DNA from: Candidatus Woesearchaeota archaeon
GTDB lineage: Archaea > Nanobdellota > Nanobdellia > Woesearchaeales > ARS49
Direction: 5' to 3'
Assembly (NCBI GenBank): GCA_038891615.1
Contig: JAWADY010000001.1
Span: forward strand, 192,001 to 256,000
Length of the DNA stretch: 64,000 bases
A model generated the notes under the pieces. That model saw only the letters and a list, made by a program, of their open reading frames with translations, made no database searches and was not told the origin of the DNA. Below, piece by piece: positions 49,796 through 60,199 of this stretch. The first letter of the stretch is position 1; each line of letters opens with the position of its first letter. The position numbers were made by a program, and so were the translations under genes.

Positions 49796-52700
49796 ATGAG
49801 CCCAAAAGTTGCACTTCAAGGGATTTGGCTGCTTGCAGTTATTTTGGTAGCTCTAAATACTCTCTTTCCATACACTGCTTTTGCTTTTTCACAAAATACC
49901 AATATTCCAAGCGCGAGAAGTGAAGAAAATATGCAAAGTACAACGAACATAGCCCAAAACATAACTGATACGAACACAGCAGCATTGAACGGTTCGATTG
50001 TTGACACAACGATATTTAATGAAACGAACCGCGAAGCCTCAGGCTTTGAAACTAATTTTTTGATACCAACAGATTCTCAAAACAACACACAACAAAGCTC
50101 AATTTATTCAGAAGTGAAATCTAATGCAACTGAAACAGTCATAGTCCCCTCAAAAAACAATGAAAGCGGTCTTAGCGAAAATAGTATTCAGGAAAGTGGA
50201 CTAGTTGAAATAAAAAATCATTCCGATATTAAAATTATTTGCAATACAAATTCATCAAAACCATCAAGAGATGTTATAAATTCTTCATATAACATAACAA
50301 CTTGCAATGAGACTTTAGAAAATAAGACCTCTGTTCTACCCAATGAAATAAATGAAACAATAAAAGAACTGTTAGGTAATGAAAGCTATTTCTTTTGGGA
50401 TAGGAAGATTGTCAATAAACATAATGGAAAAAAAGAGATTGTTAATCTGAAGTTAAAAGTTCCTGAAACTTTGAGAAGCATCACAAAAGAAATTGATGCG
50501 TTAGAAAAAAACGCTTTGATAAAAATAAGAGAATTTGATTATAACAATGAAGGAATAAAAGGAGACATTCCTGAAGATAAAATAAAACTTGCTGTTCTTG
50601 AAGAAAAAATAAAAGAGGCAATTAATAACAGGTACGAAATTGTAGAGTTTTATCCAAATTTGAATTCAGTTAAAAAAATAGAGTTTTACGATTTAATAAT
50701 CGAAGGTGGCCAGATTTCTCTTGGGATAGAGGATTTGAACAAAGAGGGCTATGTTCAAAGCTACGCCATTGATCCGACAGGCTTGAACTTTACAAAAGCA
50801 AACGTTATAGTTGTGGCAAAAGGTACAGAACTTTGGAAATGTAAAGAGTGGAATTTCTCTGAGCAGGTGTGCCATGGTGATTGGGTCAAAATAATGGATT
50901 TATCGCCTGGGCAAGAGTACACATTAACCTTAACACCAGAAGATCCTAGCTTTGCTGAAACAAATTATTTTCCAAATGGAACGCACAGAGCTTGGTTTTT
51001 CGAAGATAACAGCATACCTTCATCTCAAGTGCCTCCATTCGGCACTGAATATACATCAGCCGAGTATACTGCTGTGCAGGCATCAGACAATTCATACGCA
51101 ACCTTTTCTGCTGTAACAGAAGGCTTTCATGAAGTAACACAATATGAATTTATACCTTCGCAAAGTTTTACATCAATTAATAACTTCACAATTACTTGGG
51201 AAGGCTTCAGCACTTTAATCAGCAGCGGCAAAGGAGTTAACTTATATCTGCGGAATTTCACTGGCAATTCATGGTTTTTAGCAACTTCAACAACAAACAC
51301 CAGTGAACAAACACTTAGTTATACGACAAGCAATAAGGCAAATTTTGTCAATCCCTCAAACAACAAAATCTGGGTAATGGTAGAAAGTAGAGGCGTAGTG
51401 CCATTATCCCATCCAATCTCCTGTCCATATCTTTACATCCGTACGGACAATGATTATGCAAAAGAAAATGATATATTTCCTTACGCCATCGGAAATGAAA
51501 ATAAAAAAACCAATTATCTTGTTTTAAATAATAGGCCAACTGAAAATGATGGCGAATATTATCTGAAAATCAGTGAGGAAAAAGAAGAGACTTCTTACAT
51601 AGATAGCGTGAAACTATATGCGGTAGAACATCCTAAAGATGTTAAAATTGCAATAGATTCTGAAGGAAATATATATACTTATAAGAACTTTAAAATTTAT
51701 TTATCTAACAGAACATATCAAGACGAGCAGCTTCAGATAACCTTTGATGACGTGAAATCTTCTACTGCAAGGTTATTGATTAGCAGCGCGGTAATCCCAG
51801 TGAAGAAAGATGTAATTGAATATCCTGCTATATCGATTGGTGAAAAGTACACATATGTGCCACAAGAAACATCTGACATAAAAGCATTTGATATCTCTGA
51901 GTACATTAAAGATGGTAAAATTAATTTGACAATACAATTAGTTGGGAAACATAGAATAGATTTACTTGCTTTAGATACTTCGGAACAAGCAAAGATTAAA
52001 GTCAGAAAATTACGACCGGTTGCTACATATCTATCAAAAGAAAAAGCGCTGATTTTTGAAGATGGCAAGTACGCCGTAATAAATAAGGGAGAAAGTGTCG
52101 AGCTCGCTTATGAGAAATCAAATGAAATAGAAGAGCGTAGTTTTGTTGTCGCAGTAAAAGGGTATTATGTTCCAAAGAAAGACGTTGTAGAAAAGATTCT
52201 GCATGAATTAAATAAAAGTTCTTATATTCACAAAAACAGGACAATGTATGTTGATTTTGTAAGATTAACTGTGCAATATACTAACTTTGAACCAACAATC
52301 ACATTGTTTAGCCCACTGAACAACACGCAGTTTAACAACACGCAAACAGTAAAATTTAACTTTAGTGCTATTGACGACCTGAACAAAACGCTATCATGCG
52401 GAATATACCTTGATAACATCTTAAACCAGACAAATAGCACAACGCAAAACAACACAGTAACAGAATTCACAATTGGAGGAATAAGCTTTGGTAGTCACAC
52501 ATGGTTTATCAACTGCACAGACGGAAGCGCCAGCAACATATCTGAAATAAGAAAATTCATCATAGCAGACGCCCAAGCACCAGGCTGGTCAAACAACAAG
52601 AACTTCCCATCAAGCCCGGCAACCTATTCACAAACACAAACATACCAATTCAACATTACCTGGACAGACAACACAGGCCTAAGCACAGTCCTCTTCGAGC

Positions 52701-55700
52701 ACAACTTTACAGGTGTTGCTGCAAACTTCAGCCCCACAGGCTTCACTGGTAACACCACAAACAGGGAGTACTTCTACAACTACGGCCCACTAGCAGCTGG
52801 AAATTATTACTGGAAAAGCCATGCAAATGACACAAGCGGCAACACCAACAGCACAGCAACATTCCTCTACACAGTAAACAAAGCCACGCCCACACTCAAC
52901 ATAACCCTACAGCCAAGCTCAAGCGTTACTTATGGCACAACAACTAATGCTAGCTGCACAGCCAGCACACCACAAATAACCCCACAACTATTCAGGAACG
53001 AAACCTTAGTAAGCAATCCTGACGTTGGCATCCTTGCTGCTGGGAGCTATAACTACACCTGCACAGCAACAGAAACACAAAACTACACAGCACCCACACC
53101 ACAACAAGCAATACTGACAATTAACAAAGCAGCAACGCTTACAGAACTAAGGCTGAATGGTAACAGAGCCAACCTAACAGTTACCTATCCAACTCCTGTA
53201 AATGCAACAGCTAATACCAGCGCATTAATCGTAAACCTATACAGGAACGGCATACTAATAGCTTCTGGAAACCCAGCAACAAATACCTCAGTACTAGCAG
53301 CAGGAAGCTATAACTACACAGCCGTCAATCCAGGAAACCAAAACTACAGCTCGAGCTTTGAAACATGGTTCGCAACCATCAACCAAAACACAACAACGTG
53401 CAACCTCGCATTCAACCCACCATCACCACAAACATACCCCACAGCAATCAATGCAAGCTGTAGCTGCACAAACCCAGAAACAAAACCAAGCCTATTCAGA
53501 AACAACACAAACGTCACAGCAACTGAAAACAACGCCTTTGTAACACTGCCAGCAGGTGTTTGGAACTACAACTGCACCTCCCCGCAAACACAGAACTATA
53601 CTTATGCAGAAAACACCAGCACATACACAGTAAACAAAGCCACACCAACACTCAACATAACCTTACAACCAAGCAGCACAACAACTTATGGCACAACAAC
53701 TAATGCTAGCTGCACAGCCAGCACACCACAAGTAATCCCACAACTATTCAGAAACGGAACCTTAGTAACCAACCCAGACATCAGCCTACTGGCTGCTGGT
53801 AGCTATAACTACACCTGCACAGCAACAGAAACACAAAACTACACAGCACCCACACCACAACAAGCAATACTGACCATCAACAAAGCCACGAGCGAAGTAA
53901 ACCTATTACTTAATGGGAATGATGCGAACATAACAGCCACGCAATTCAGCATAGTCAACATAACAGCAAAACTCATCACCCCCACAAGTGGACTAATAGA
54001 CATATTTGAAAACGGAACACTGCTAAGCAGCGGCAGCTCACCACTCGAAGTACTGAAGAACTACACAACCATAGGCACCTACAACATAACAGCAGTATTC
54101 AACAGCACAGAAAACTACACCTCGAGCTTTGAAACGCACTTCTTAAGAATAATACCTTTCCAAGACACAACGCCTCCTACGATAACAAGCACGAGCATAA
54201 AACCAAAAGCTGCGATAGTAAACAGAAGCGTTACAATAAATGCAATTGCAAGCGATGATTTTGGAGTTGATACACTGTTTGCCATTGTGACAAAGCCTGA
54301 TTCAACCAACACAACAATAACACTACCAGCCATATTCGTTCCAGATACGATTGGAAGGTACAATGTCACCTTTAAGGCAAATGATAGTTCAGGCAACAAT
54401 GCAACTGCTATTGAGGAATTTTTCACAGCATCAGAACCGCTCAACTTCACAATAAACGTGAAAGATGGCAACCAAACCGCAGTTAATACAACTTTGACAT
54501 TCCTATTTCAGGGCACGAATGAAGAAGTCAACACAACAAACTTTGTTGGAAATGAGACCATTGAACAAGCTAACACATTTTTTGATATGCTCTTTGTTGC
54601 CTTCAACAACGCCCTCCAAGTAAGGCTAAATTCTGTGAACATCAGTGCAAACAACAACAAAACACTTGGACTTGACAAGCTACCAACACCAGTAAGCGGC
54701 TATCTTGTCAGCTATGCTCTAAACAACGGAAGCATCAACTTCGCAAGCGCTGAATTAAGATTCAGCTATGCAAATACCAGCTTTTCAAACGAAGATAACC
54801 TAAAGCTAGATGTCTGTGAAGAATGGAACCTCACAGGAAGAAGCTGCATTGGAAGCTTCACAAATGCTCCAAACGCTACTCAGAACAAAACAGGTGATTA
54901 TTTCACAGTTAATGTCACGAGCTTTTCTGGATTCTCAATAAAAGAAGAAGCAGCACCTAGCGGTGGAAGAGGTAGACGTGAAGAAGAAGCGCAGCCAGAA
55001 ATAACTCCACCTCCACCCGAAGTACCTCCCCCAGCCCCTCCTGAAATACCGCCTACCCCTCCTGAAATACCGCCTGCACCAACTTTTGAAGCTCCTGCAC
55101 CAATCACGCAAATATTTGCAGGTGCTGAATTTTCACCAAACGTGCCCTCTGCAAGTTGCATGCAAGTTAGAAAAAAAGTAAGCGAAAAAATAGAGATAAT
55201 ACCTATCGATGTCACAAAGTTCATAGCAATTCCAGAAGGCTACGAAGTGATAGACCAGTTCAGAATCGAATGCCTAAATGACGACCTTGAAGTAACATTG
55301 AATCTTCCAGACTACTACACAGATCTGAAAGCCCTAAGCTGCAGAGCTAACCAGTGCAAAGAACTTGCTCGTGTTGTTTCGGAGAGAGAAGAGCTAATTT
55401 GTGGAGAAAAAACGATAAGCACACTAAAGGAAGAGCAGCTTGTCGCTGTGAAACAAATACTTTTGCCAGAAGAGTATCCGCTTATACCAGCTGAAGAAAA
55501 AACAATAACAGCAGCAAGCAGAATGATTTCAAGCGACAGGAACTTAATAGAATTTATTGGAGACATTCCAACTCCATTTAAAGCCAGGATTAGTTCGCCC
55601 AATGTTAGCTTGCCAGAGCCTGAAAACCCAAGCATAGCAATAGTTGGAAGCCCATTGCTGCTCAGCCTTGACAAAAAGCCTCCAATTGCCATAAAGTTGA

Positions 55701-57217
55701 TAATGCCTGCTCCACACATAGAAGGCTTTGACGAAGAGAGTTTTACAGTATACGCCTTACTTGGAAAACGCTGGGAAAGGCTTGAGACCAAAGCAGATGT
55801 TTCATCAAAAAGCTTATCTGCTTTTGTTCCAAATATTGGTGAATTATTAGATTCAGAAAACAATGTGATATTCGCAGTGATCGGAATAAAATGCACTGCT
55901 TGCATTACACCTATTTTTGATAAAGTCTACGAGCTTCCTGGAGCCAGGAGGGCTCTTGTACTAGTACCAGGCCTTTTTGCTGAGGAAAATCCATTTGGGG
56001 CTTTAGTAGACGAATTTAGCTACACCAGACAACCTTGGCAGGTGTGGCGTTTCATGTATCCTGTGAAGATTAGGGAAAAGGTTTTGGCAAAAGAGCTCGC
56101 GGCAAGTCTTGAACAGCACAACCTTGAATATGATTCGATATACCTCGCAGGACACTCATTTGGAGGAATACTCATACAAGACGCACTAAACATAGCAAAG
56201 GCTGAAAAGCATGCTTGGCTTGGAAAAGTCAAAAAAGTAATCCTTGTTGGAACACCCAACGAAGGAAGTCCAACACTACAAGTCTACAAATCACTATTTG
56301 ACGCCCTTGTCAACTTGAGAACAGGAATACGCCTCTTCGATGTCGATGCTGAAAATGTTAAGCTACTTGCCGAGCAAAAACCGATTGAGCGAGTTCCAGG
56401 AATAAACTATCAAGTAATTGCAGGAACAAAGCCGTTCGATTTCACAAAGCACTTATTCGCAGAGCAAGAGAAAAATGATGGGATAATAACCACACGCAGT
56501 GCTCAAAGAATAGGCGATGTTTACATGAATGATAGCTGCCGCAATTATTACGAAATAAACTTAACTCATATTGCACTTAATGACAATCCGCTTGCTTTGA
56601 GAGTTTTGTCAAGAATCATAAACAAAGAAATTGCAAGTGAAGAAAAAGCAAGAGCATTTGTTGGTTACAATCAATACTTCAAAATATCGATTGACAGATG
56701 TTCGCCAGAAGACAATTACATAATAATAGGTAAGCGTTTACGTGATGAAAAATTACCAGACCCTATTAACTGCGCTTGCGGAAACGGCTGGTGTGGGCTT
56801 GGCGAAGACGCAGAAAACTGTCCTAGCGACTGTGCAGTCTTATTCACTACAGAAAAAACTTGTGAAATAATGCCAATCATTGTGGAACTATTACTAATTG
56901 TTCTTGTTAGCGCTATACTAGCGAGTGCATGGATTGGCTTCATTGATTTGAGACCGGTGCCTGGTTTGAAAATCTCTGCGCAAATCGCAGCCATCGGCGT
57001 AATTGTTGCATCAGTTGCACAGTTCTCCATATGCAGAGACTTTAGCATTGTGAGCCTTGTTGTAAAAGTTATCAAAATGGTCATACAAAATCTCAGACTT
57101 TTGATAATCATAACATTGATTACAATAGCCATATCATCATGGCTCATTAGCAAAAAAAAGTTGTTAAAAAACAAACATGAGCTACATGCGACTTCAAAAG
57201 CGGTGAAGTTAAGATAA
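49796..57217 (+). CDS. Giant multi-domain surface glycoprotein with alpha/beta-hydrolase domain and C-terminal TM helices
   Basis: Signal peptide (likely start MSPKV 49796), many N-x-S/T sequons, Ig-like repeats, Pro-rich linker, GHSFGG, GTPNEGS, NDG, CGNGWC..CPSDC. Confidence 0.85.
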   Translation: MSPKVALQGIWLLAVILVALNTLFPYTAFAFSQNTNIPSARSEENMQSTTNIAQNITDTNTAALNGSIVDTTIFNETNREASGFETNFLIPTDSQNNTQQSSIYSEVKSNATETVIVPSKNNESGLSENSIQESGLVEIKNHSDIKIICNTNSSKPSRDVINSSYNITTCNETLENKTSVLPNEINETIKELLGNESYFFWDRKIVNKHNGKKEIVNLKLKVPETLRSITKEIDALEKNALIKIREFDYNNEGIKGDIPEDKIKLAVLEEKIKEAINNRYEIVEFYPNLNSVKKIEFYDLIIEGGQISLGIEDLNKEGYVQSYAIDPTGLNFTKANVIVVAKGTELWKCKEWNFSEQVCHGDWVKIMDLSPGQEYTLTLTPEDPSFAETNYFPNGTHRAWFFEDNSIPSSQVPPFGTEYTSAEYTAVQASDNSYATFSAVTEGFHEVTQYEFIPSQSFTSINNFTITWEGFSTLISSGKGVNLYLRNFTGNSWFLATSTTNTSEQTLSYTTSNKANFVNPSNNKIWVMVESRGVVPLSHPISCPYLYIRTDNDYAKENDIFPYAIGNENKKTNYLVLNNRPTENDGEYYLKISEEKEETSYIDSVKLYAVEHPKDVKIAIDSEGNIYTYKNFKIYLSNRTYQDEQLQITFDDVKSSTARLLISSAVIPVKKDVIEYPAISIGEKYTYVPQETSDIKAFDISEYIKDGKINLTIQLVGKHRIDLLALDTSEQAKIKVRKLRPVATYLSKEKALIFEDGKYAVINKGESVELAYEKSNEIEERSFVVAVKGYYVPKKDVVEKILHELNKSSYIHKNRTMYVDFVRLTVQYTNFEPTITLFSPLNNTQFNNTQTVKFNFSAIDDLNKTLSCGIYLDNILNQTNSTTQNNTVTEFTIGGISFGSHTWFINCTDGSASNISEIRKFIIADAQAPGWSNNKNFPSSPATYSQTQTYQFNITWTDNTGLSTVLFEHNFTGVAANFSPTGFTGNTTNREYFYNYGPLAAGNYYWKSHANDTSGNTNSTATFLYTVNKATPTLNITLQPSSSVTYGTTTNASCTASTPQITPQLFRNETLVSNPDVGILAAGSYNYTCTATETQNYTAPTPQQAILTINKAATLTELRLNGNRANLTVTYPTPVNATANTSALIVNLYRNGILIASGNPATNTSVLAAGSYNYTAVNPGNQNYSSSFETWFATINQNTTTCNLAFNPPSPQTYPTAINASCSCTNPETKPSLFRNNTNVTATENNAFVTLPAGVWNYNCTSPQTQNYTYAENTSTYTVNKATPTLNITLQPSSTTTYGTTTNASCTASTPQVIPQLFRNGTLVTNPDISLLAAGSYNYTCTATETQNYTAPTPQQAILTINKATSEVNLLLNGNDANITATQFSIVNITAKLITPTSGLIDIFENGTLLSSGSSPLEVLKNYTTIGTYNITAVFNSTENYTSSFETHFLRIIPFQDTTPPTITSTSIKPKAAIVNRSVTINAIASDDFGVDTLFAIVTKPDSTNTTITLPAIFVPDTIGRYNVTFKANDSSGNNATAIEEFFTASEPLNFTINVKDGNQTAVNTTLTFLFQGTNEEVNTTNFVGNETIEQANTFFDMLFVAFNNALQVRLNSVNISANNNKTLGLDKLPTPVSGYLVSYALNNGSINFASAELRFSYANTSFSNEDNLKLDVCEEWNLTGRSCIGSFTNAPNATQNKTGDYFTVNVTSFSGFSIKEEAAPSGGRGRREEEAQPEITPPPPEVPPPAPPEIPPTPPEIPPAPTFEAPAPITQIFAGAEFSPNVPSASCMQVRKKVSEKIEIIPIDVTKFIAIPEGYEVIDQFRIECLNDDLEVTLNLPDYYTDLKALSCRANQCKELARVVSEREELICGEKTISTLKEEQLVAVKQILLPEEYPLIPAEEKTITAASRMISSDRNLIEFIGDIPTPFKARISSPNVSLPEPENPSIAIVGSPLLLSLDKKPPIAIKLIMPAPHIEGFDEESFTVYALLGKRWERLETKADVSSKSLSAFVPNIGELLDSENNVIFAVIGIKCTACITPIFDKVYELPGARRALVLVPGLFAEENPFGALVDEFSYTRQPWQVWRFMYPVKIREKVLAKELAASLEQHNLEYDSIYLAGHSFGGILIQDALNIAKAEKHAWLGKVKKVILVGTPNEGSPTLQVYKSLFDALVNLRTGIRLFDVDAENVKLLAEQKPIERVPGINYQVIAGTKPFDFTKHLFAEQEKNDGIITTRSAQRIGDVYMNDSCRNYYEINLTHIALNDNPLALRVLSRIINKEIASEEKARAFVGYNQYFKISIDRCSPEDNYIIIGKRLRDEKLPDPINCACGNGWCGLGEDAENCPSDCAVLFTTEKTCEIMPIIVELLLIVLVSAILASAWIGFIDLRPVPGLKISAQIAAIGVIVASVAQFSICRDFSIVSLVVKVIKMVIQNLRLLIIITLITIAISSWLISKKKLLKNKHELHATSKAVKLR
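52868..53886 (+). repeat. Intragenic direct repeat of about 263 bp (52868-53130 and 53624-53886)
   Basis: YTVNKATPTLNITLQPSS...QQAILTINKA occurs twice, 756 bp apart. Confidence 0.9.
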
Positions 57218-57351
57218 AAAAGTGTCTGTTTTCACAAAAGGTTTTAGTAGGTGCGTACCGGTTGCTTTCATCTTAACTGCTCGATTACTGCTGCAGAATA
57301 AGCAAATGATGTTAAAAAATATGATTCTTAATCAAAAGAACTTAACTTTTA

Positions 57352-57744
57352 TTAAGGAATCATCTCTATCTTTTTCTTGACAAGCTCAAGAAAATCATCG
57401 AAATTTCTTGCTGTCTTTCTGCAATAAGGAAGTTTACTTAAAAGATTTTCTGCACAAAAAGAAAAATAAGCGTCGAGCTCGTCTGAATTTGCATGGAAAT
57501 CATAAAACCCGCCACTTGAATAAACCTCTTCGCTTGAAGTTTGGGCATACCCTTTTGCCTTTTCTATCAACAGATTTAGTGGAAGGTAAAGCTCCTTCTC
57601 CGAAATCTTAGAAAGGATGTGTTCAACATCGCTGAAGGTTAATTCTTTTTTAGCGATGGCAGAAAGGATATCTTCAAGCTTTAGAGCACCAGCACAAGCA
57701 TCCTCAACTATACATGCTTTTATATTTGAAGGATTTTGTAACAA
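57352..57744 (-). CDS. Hypothetical protein, 5' end uncertain or possibly frameshifted
   Basis: Frame is open upstream to a TGA near 57812; the promoter-proximal ATG 57829 is out of frame. Confidence 0.45.
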   Translation of the reverse strand: MLQNPSNIKACIVEDACAGALKLEDILSAIAKKELTFSDVEHILSKISEKELYLPLNLLIEKAKGYAQTSSEEVYSSGGFYDFHANSDELDAYFSFCAENLLSKLPYCRKTARNFDDFLELVKKKIEMIP

Positions 57745-57865
57745 TTTGACACCCCAATTTGATGGAAAGGCAGTCCGCCTTGCGATAGCAAAGACAAAGT
57801 GCGAACGTCCTCACCCACCGATGGAACATTAGCTGTGTTTAAAGCAATATTTAAAGCTTTTTATC

Positions 57866-58702
57866 CTATACTTCAAAGCGCTTGCACATGATTATGGAAT
57901 TCAACCGATAGAGGCATTCGCCTGATGAAGCGTTATATGCAACCGATTTGAAAACAAAGATATTTTTCCTTGAATTTACAATTTCTGATGTTATTTTTAT
58001 TTTTTCTTCAGGCACCAAAATATAAAGGTATGGAAAAACATCTATCTCATGTTTTGCATAAACAGGAAAATGAAATGTGGTTAGCCCTTTATCTTTTTTT
58101 ATAGTCCTTCTCGCAATTTCTGCAATTGAGTTTGAAGAAAGTGAAATGACATAAGCCACAAATGTTAGCTCTTCGTCTGCCTTGCAAATGTTGTTACTAA
58201 TGCACTCTTTAATGCCTTCAATGCTTTTCTTTTTTAAAATGTAATATTTTGATACAGCGCTTTGCAAAGGAATTCCGTCAAGCCTTGCCTCCTTTTGGTC
58301 TAATCTAGGCCATCTCGCATAAACAATCTCAGACTCTAAACAATCTCTTTCATTCTGGCACAAATAAACTTTTATACGCTTCTCAATGCACTCTGAGGAA
58401 TCATTATCATGTTTAGGAGAAATATCAATGCACCGTGCAGCGAAAGGCTTTTCAGGCAGCAGTTGATGGTTGAATTTTGTAGTTTGTGAGGAGTATTTAG
58501 GATAAGGAGGAAATGTAATACTTTTGGTTGCAAACTTATAACCCAAAAGTGCTGCAAGGAATTCTGTCTGGAATCCAGGAAGGATGGCATTTGGTCCCGT
58601 ATGAACCTCTTTGTTAGGGTCTTCTGTGAGCTCAATAAACCTCTTAGCGCTATCTAATGTTATCAACAGGTCTGAATAGGTTTCTGAAAAGGACATCGGC
58701 AC
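57866..58702 (-). CDS. Hypothetical protein
   Basis: 278-aa ORF, no recognised motif. Confidence 0.6.
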   Translation of the reverse strand: MPMSFSETYSDLLITLDSAKRFIELTEDPNKEVHTGPNAILPGFQTEFLAALLGYKFATKSITFPPYPKYSSQTTKFNHQLLPEKPFAARCIDISPKHDNDSSECIEKRIKVYLCQNERDCLESEIVYARWPRLDQKEARLDGIPLQSAVSKYYILKKKSIEGIKECISNNICKADEELTFVAYVISLSSNSIAEIARRTIKKDKGLTTFHFPVYAKHEIDVFPYLYILVPEEKIKITSEIVNSRKNIFVFKSVAYNASSGECLYRLNSIIMCKRFEV

Positions 58703-58738
58703 GCATTTTATGCCGACAGGTATTTAAACCTTTGGAAC

Positions 58739-59302
58739 GTGCAAGAAAAAATGAAACAGCTAAGAATAGTCATCTCAGGTACGCCAGGCTCCGGTAAGTC
58801 TACATTGGCAAAGGCGCTAGCAAAAAGGCTTGGTTTGAAGCGATTTTCAGCAGGGGACTTTGCACGACAGCTTGCTGCTGAAAGGGGCCTTACAATTCTT
58901 AAACTTAACAAACTTGCAGAAGAAGACCCACAGATCGATATGGAGATAGACAAAAGAACAATCGAGCTGGGCAAAAAAGAACGGTCGTTTGTTATGGACA
59001 GCAGAATTGCATGGAATTTTATCCCCCAAAGTGTGAAAATATTTCTCAAAGCAGACCCAAATATCGCTGCTAAGAGAATTTTTAAAGATTTAAGGCCTGT
59101 TGAGCAGGAAAACACCTCTATCGAAAAGGTGCAGAAAAACATCAAAAAGAGGACTGCTTCTGAAAGGGCAAGATATAAGAAACTCTATAGCATTGATTTT
59201 ACAGACGAATCAAACTATGACCTTGTGATTGACACAAGCCATCTTAGCCCTGCCCAGGTGCTTAAGAGAGTCATGCGCTTTCTAAAAACCAAAGGCTTTT
59301 AA
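58739..59302 (+). CDS. cmk: Cytidylate kinase (archaeal type)
   Basis: ISGTPGSGKST, SAGDFAR, YDLVIDT. Confidence 0.92.
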   Translation: MQEKMKQLRIVISGTPGSGKSTLAKALAKRLGLKRFSAGDFARQLAAERGLTILKLNKLAEEDPQIDMEIDKRTIELGKKERSFVMDSRIAWNFIPQSVKIFLKADPNIAAKRIFKDLRPVEQENTSIEKVQKNIKKRTASERARYKKLYSIDFTDESNYDLVIDTSHLSPAQVLKRVMRFLKTKGF

Positions 59303-59325
59303 AGCAAACGAAAAGTTAAAGGTCC

Positions 59326-60045
59326 ATGCCAATAAGAAAAAAAGATTTCATCGAGATTGAGTTTACTGGAAAGCTGAAGGAGGACGGTTCTGTTTTTGAC
59401 ACAACAAATGAAGCAATTGCGCATTCTTCAGGCATTTATTCGCCAAATGCAAGCTATGGTCCACTCATCATTTGCATTGGACAAAAGCAAATATTGCCGG
59501 GACTTGAAGCTAGGATTGAGGGCAAAGAACCTGGGAGCTACACAATTGAGCTCAAGCCTGAGGAGGCATTTGGCACAAAAGACCCAAAACTTCTACAACT
59601 TATACCGTTAAAAAAATTTCTTCAGCAGGGTATCAGGCCCATCGCAGGCTTACAAATCAATATTGATGGCGCAGTTGGAACTGTTCGCGCAGTTTCAGGA
59701 GGGAGATGTGTTGTTGATTTTAATCACCCCCTCGCTGGCAAGGGAGTCGTTTACGAAGTAAAAATAAATCGGATTGTTTCTGACAAAAAGGAGCAGCTTT
59801 CAAGCCTTCTTAAAATGTTTGGCGAAAAAGAGGCTGAAGTCGTGATTGAAGGCGAAAAGGCAATAATTAAGTTGAAAAAAGAGCTTCCAGAGCTCTTCAG
59901 AGAAAAACTTAAAGAAATGTCAAAGGAACTTGTTGGACTTTCGATAGAATTCGTTACTCAATCACTAGAGAAAGTCAATGGCTCTACCGCACCACAGGAA
60001 AAAGAGAAAATTGTGACAGAGAAAAAAGAAAGCCAAGCTTCATAA
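59326..60045 (+). CDS. slyD: Long-type FKBP peptidyl-prolyl isomerase (SlyD-like)
   Basis: VFDTT, PEEAFG, VDFNHPLAGK. Confidence 0.9.
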   Translation: MPIRKKDFIEIEFTGKLKEDGSVFDTTNEAIAHSSGIYSPNASYGPLIICIGQKQILPGLEARIEGKEPGSYTIELKPEEAFGTKDPKLLQLIPLKKFLQQGIRPIAGLQINIDGAVGTVRAVSGGRCVVDFNHPLAGKGVVYEVKINRIVSDKKEQLSSLLKMFGEKEAEVVIEGEKAIIKLKKELPELFREKLKEMSKELVGLSIEFVTQSLEKVNGSTAPQEKEKIVTEKKESQAS

Positions 60046-60199
60046 ACAGATAAGCACTAATAAAGAAAAGGCAATAAGTAGAACTGCATGTGTAAGTGTA
60101 AAAATAATCACTCTCTGCTGGCTAAGAGTTGCTACTTTATCACAATAAAATTTAAATAGTCAGGCACAAGAGCTCAGAGCATTCCTGAGGTGGGAAGTA

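Noticed and set aside
52868-53886. Diversity-generating retroelement TR/VR pair
   Set aside because: Differences are not adenine-specific, both copies are in-frame internal domains, and no reverse transcriptase is present
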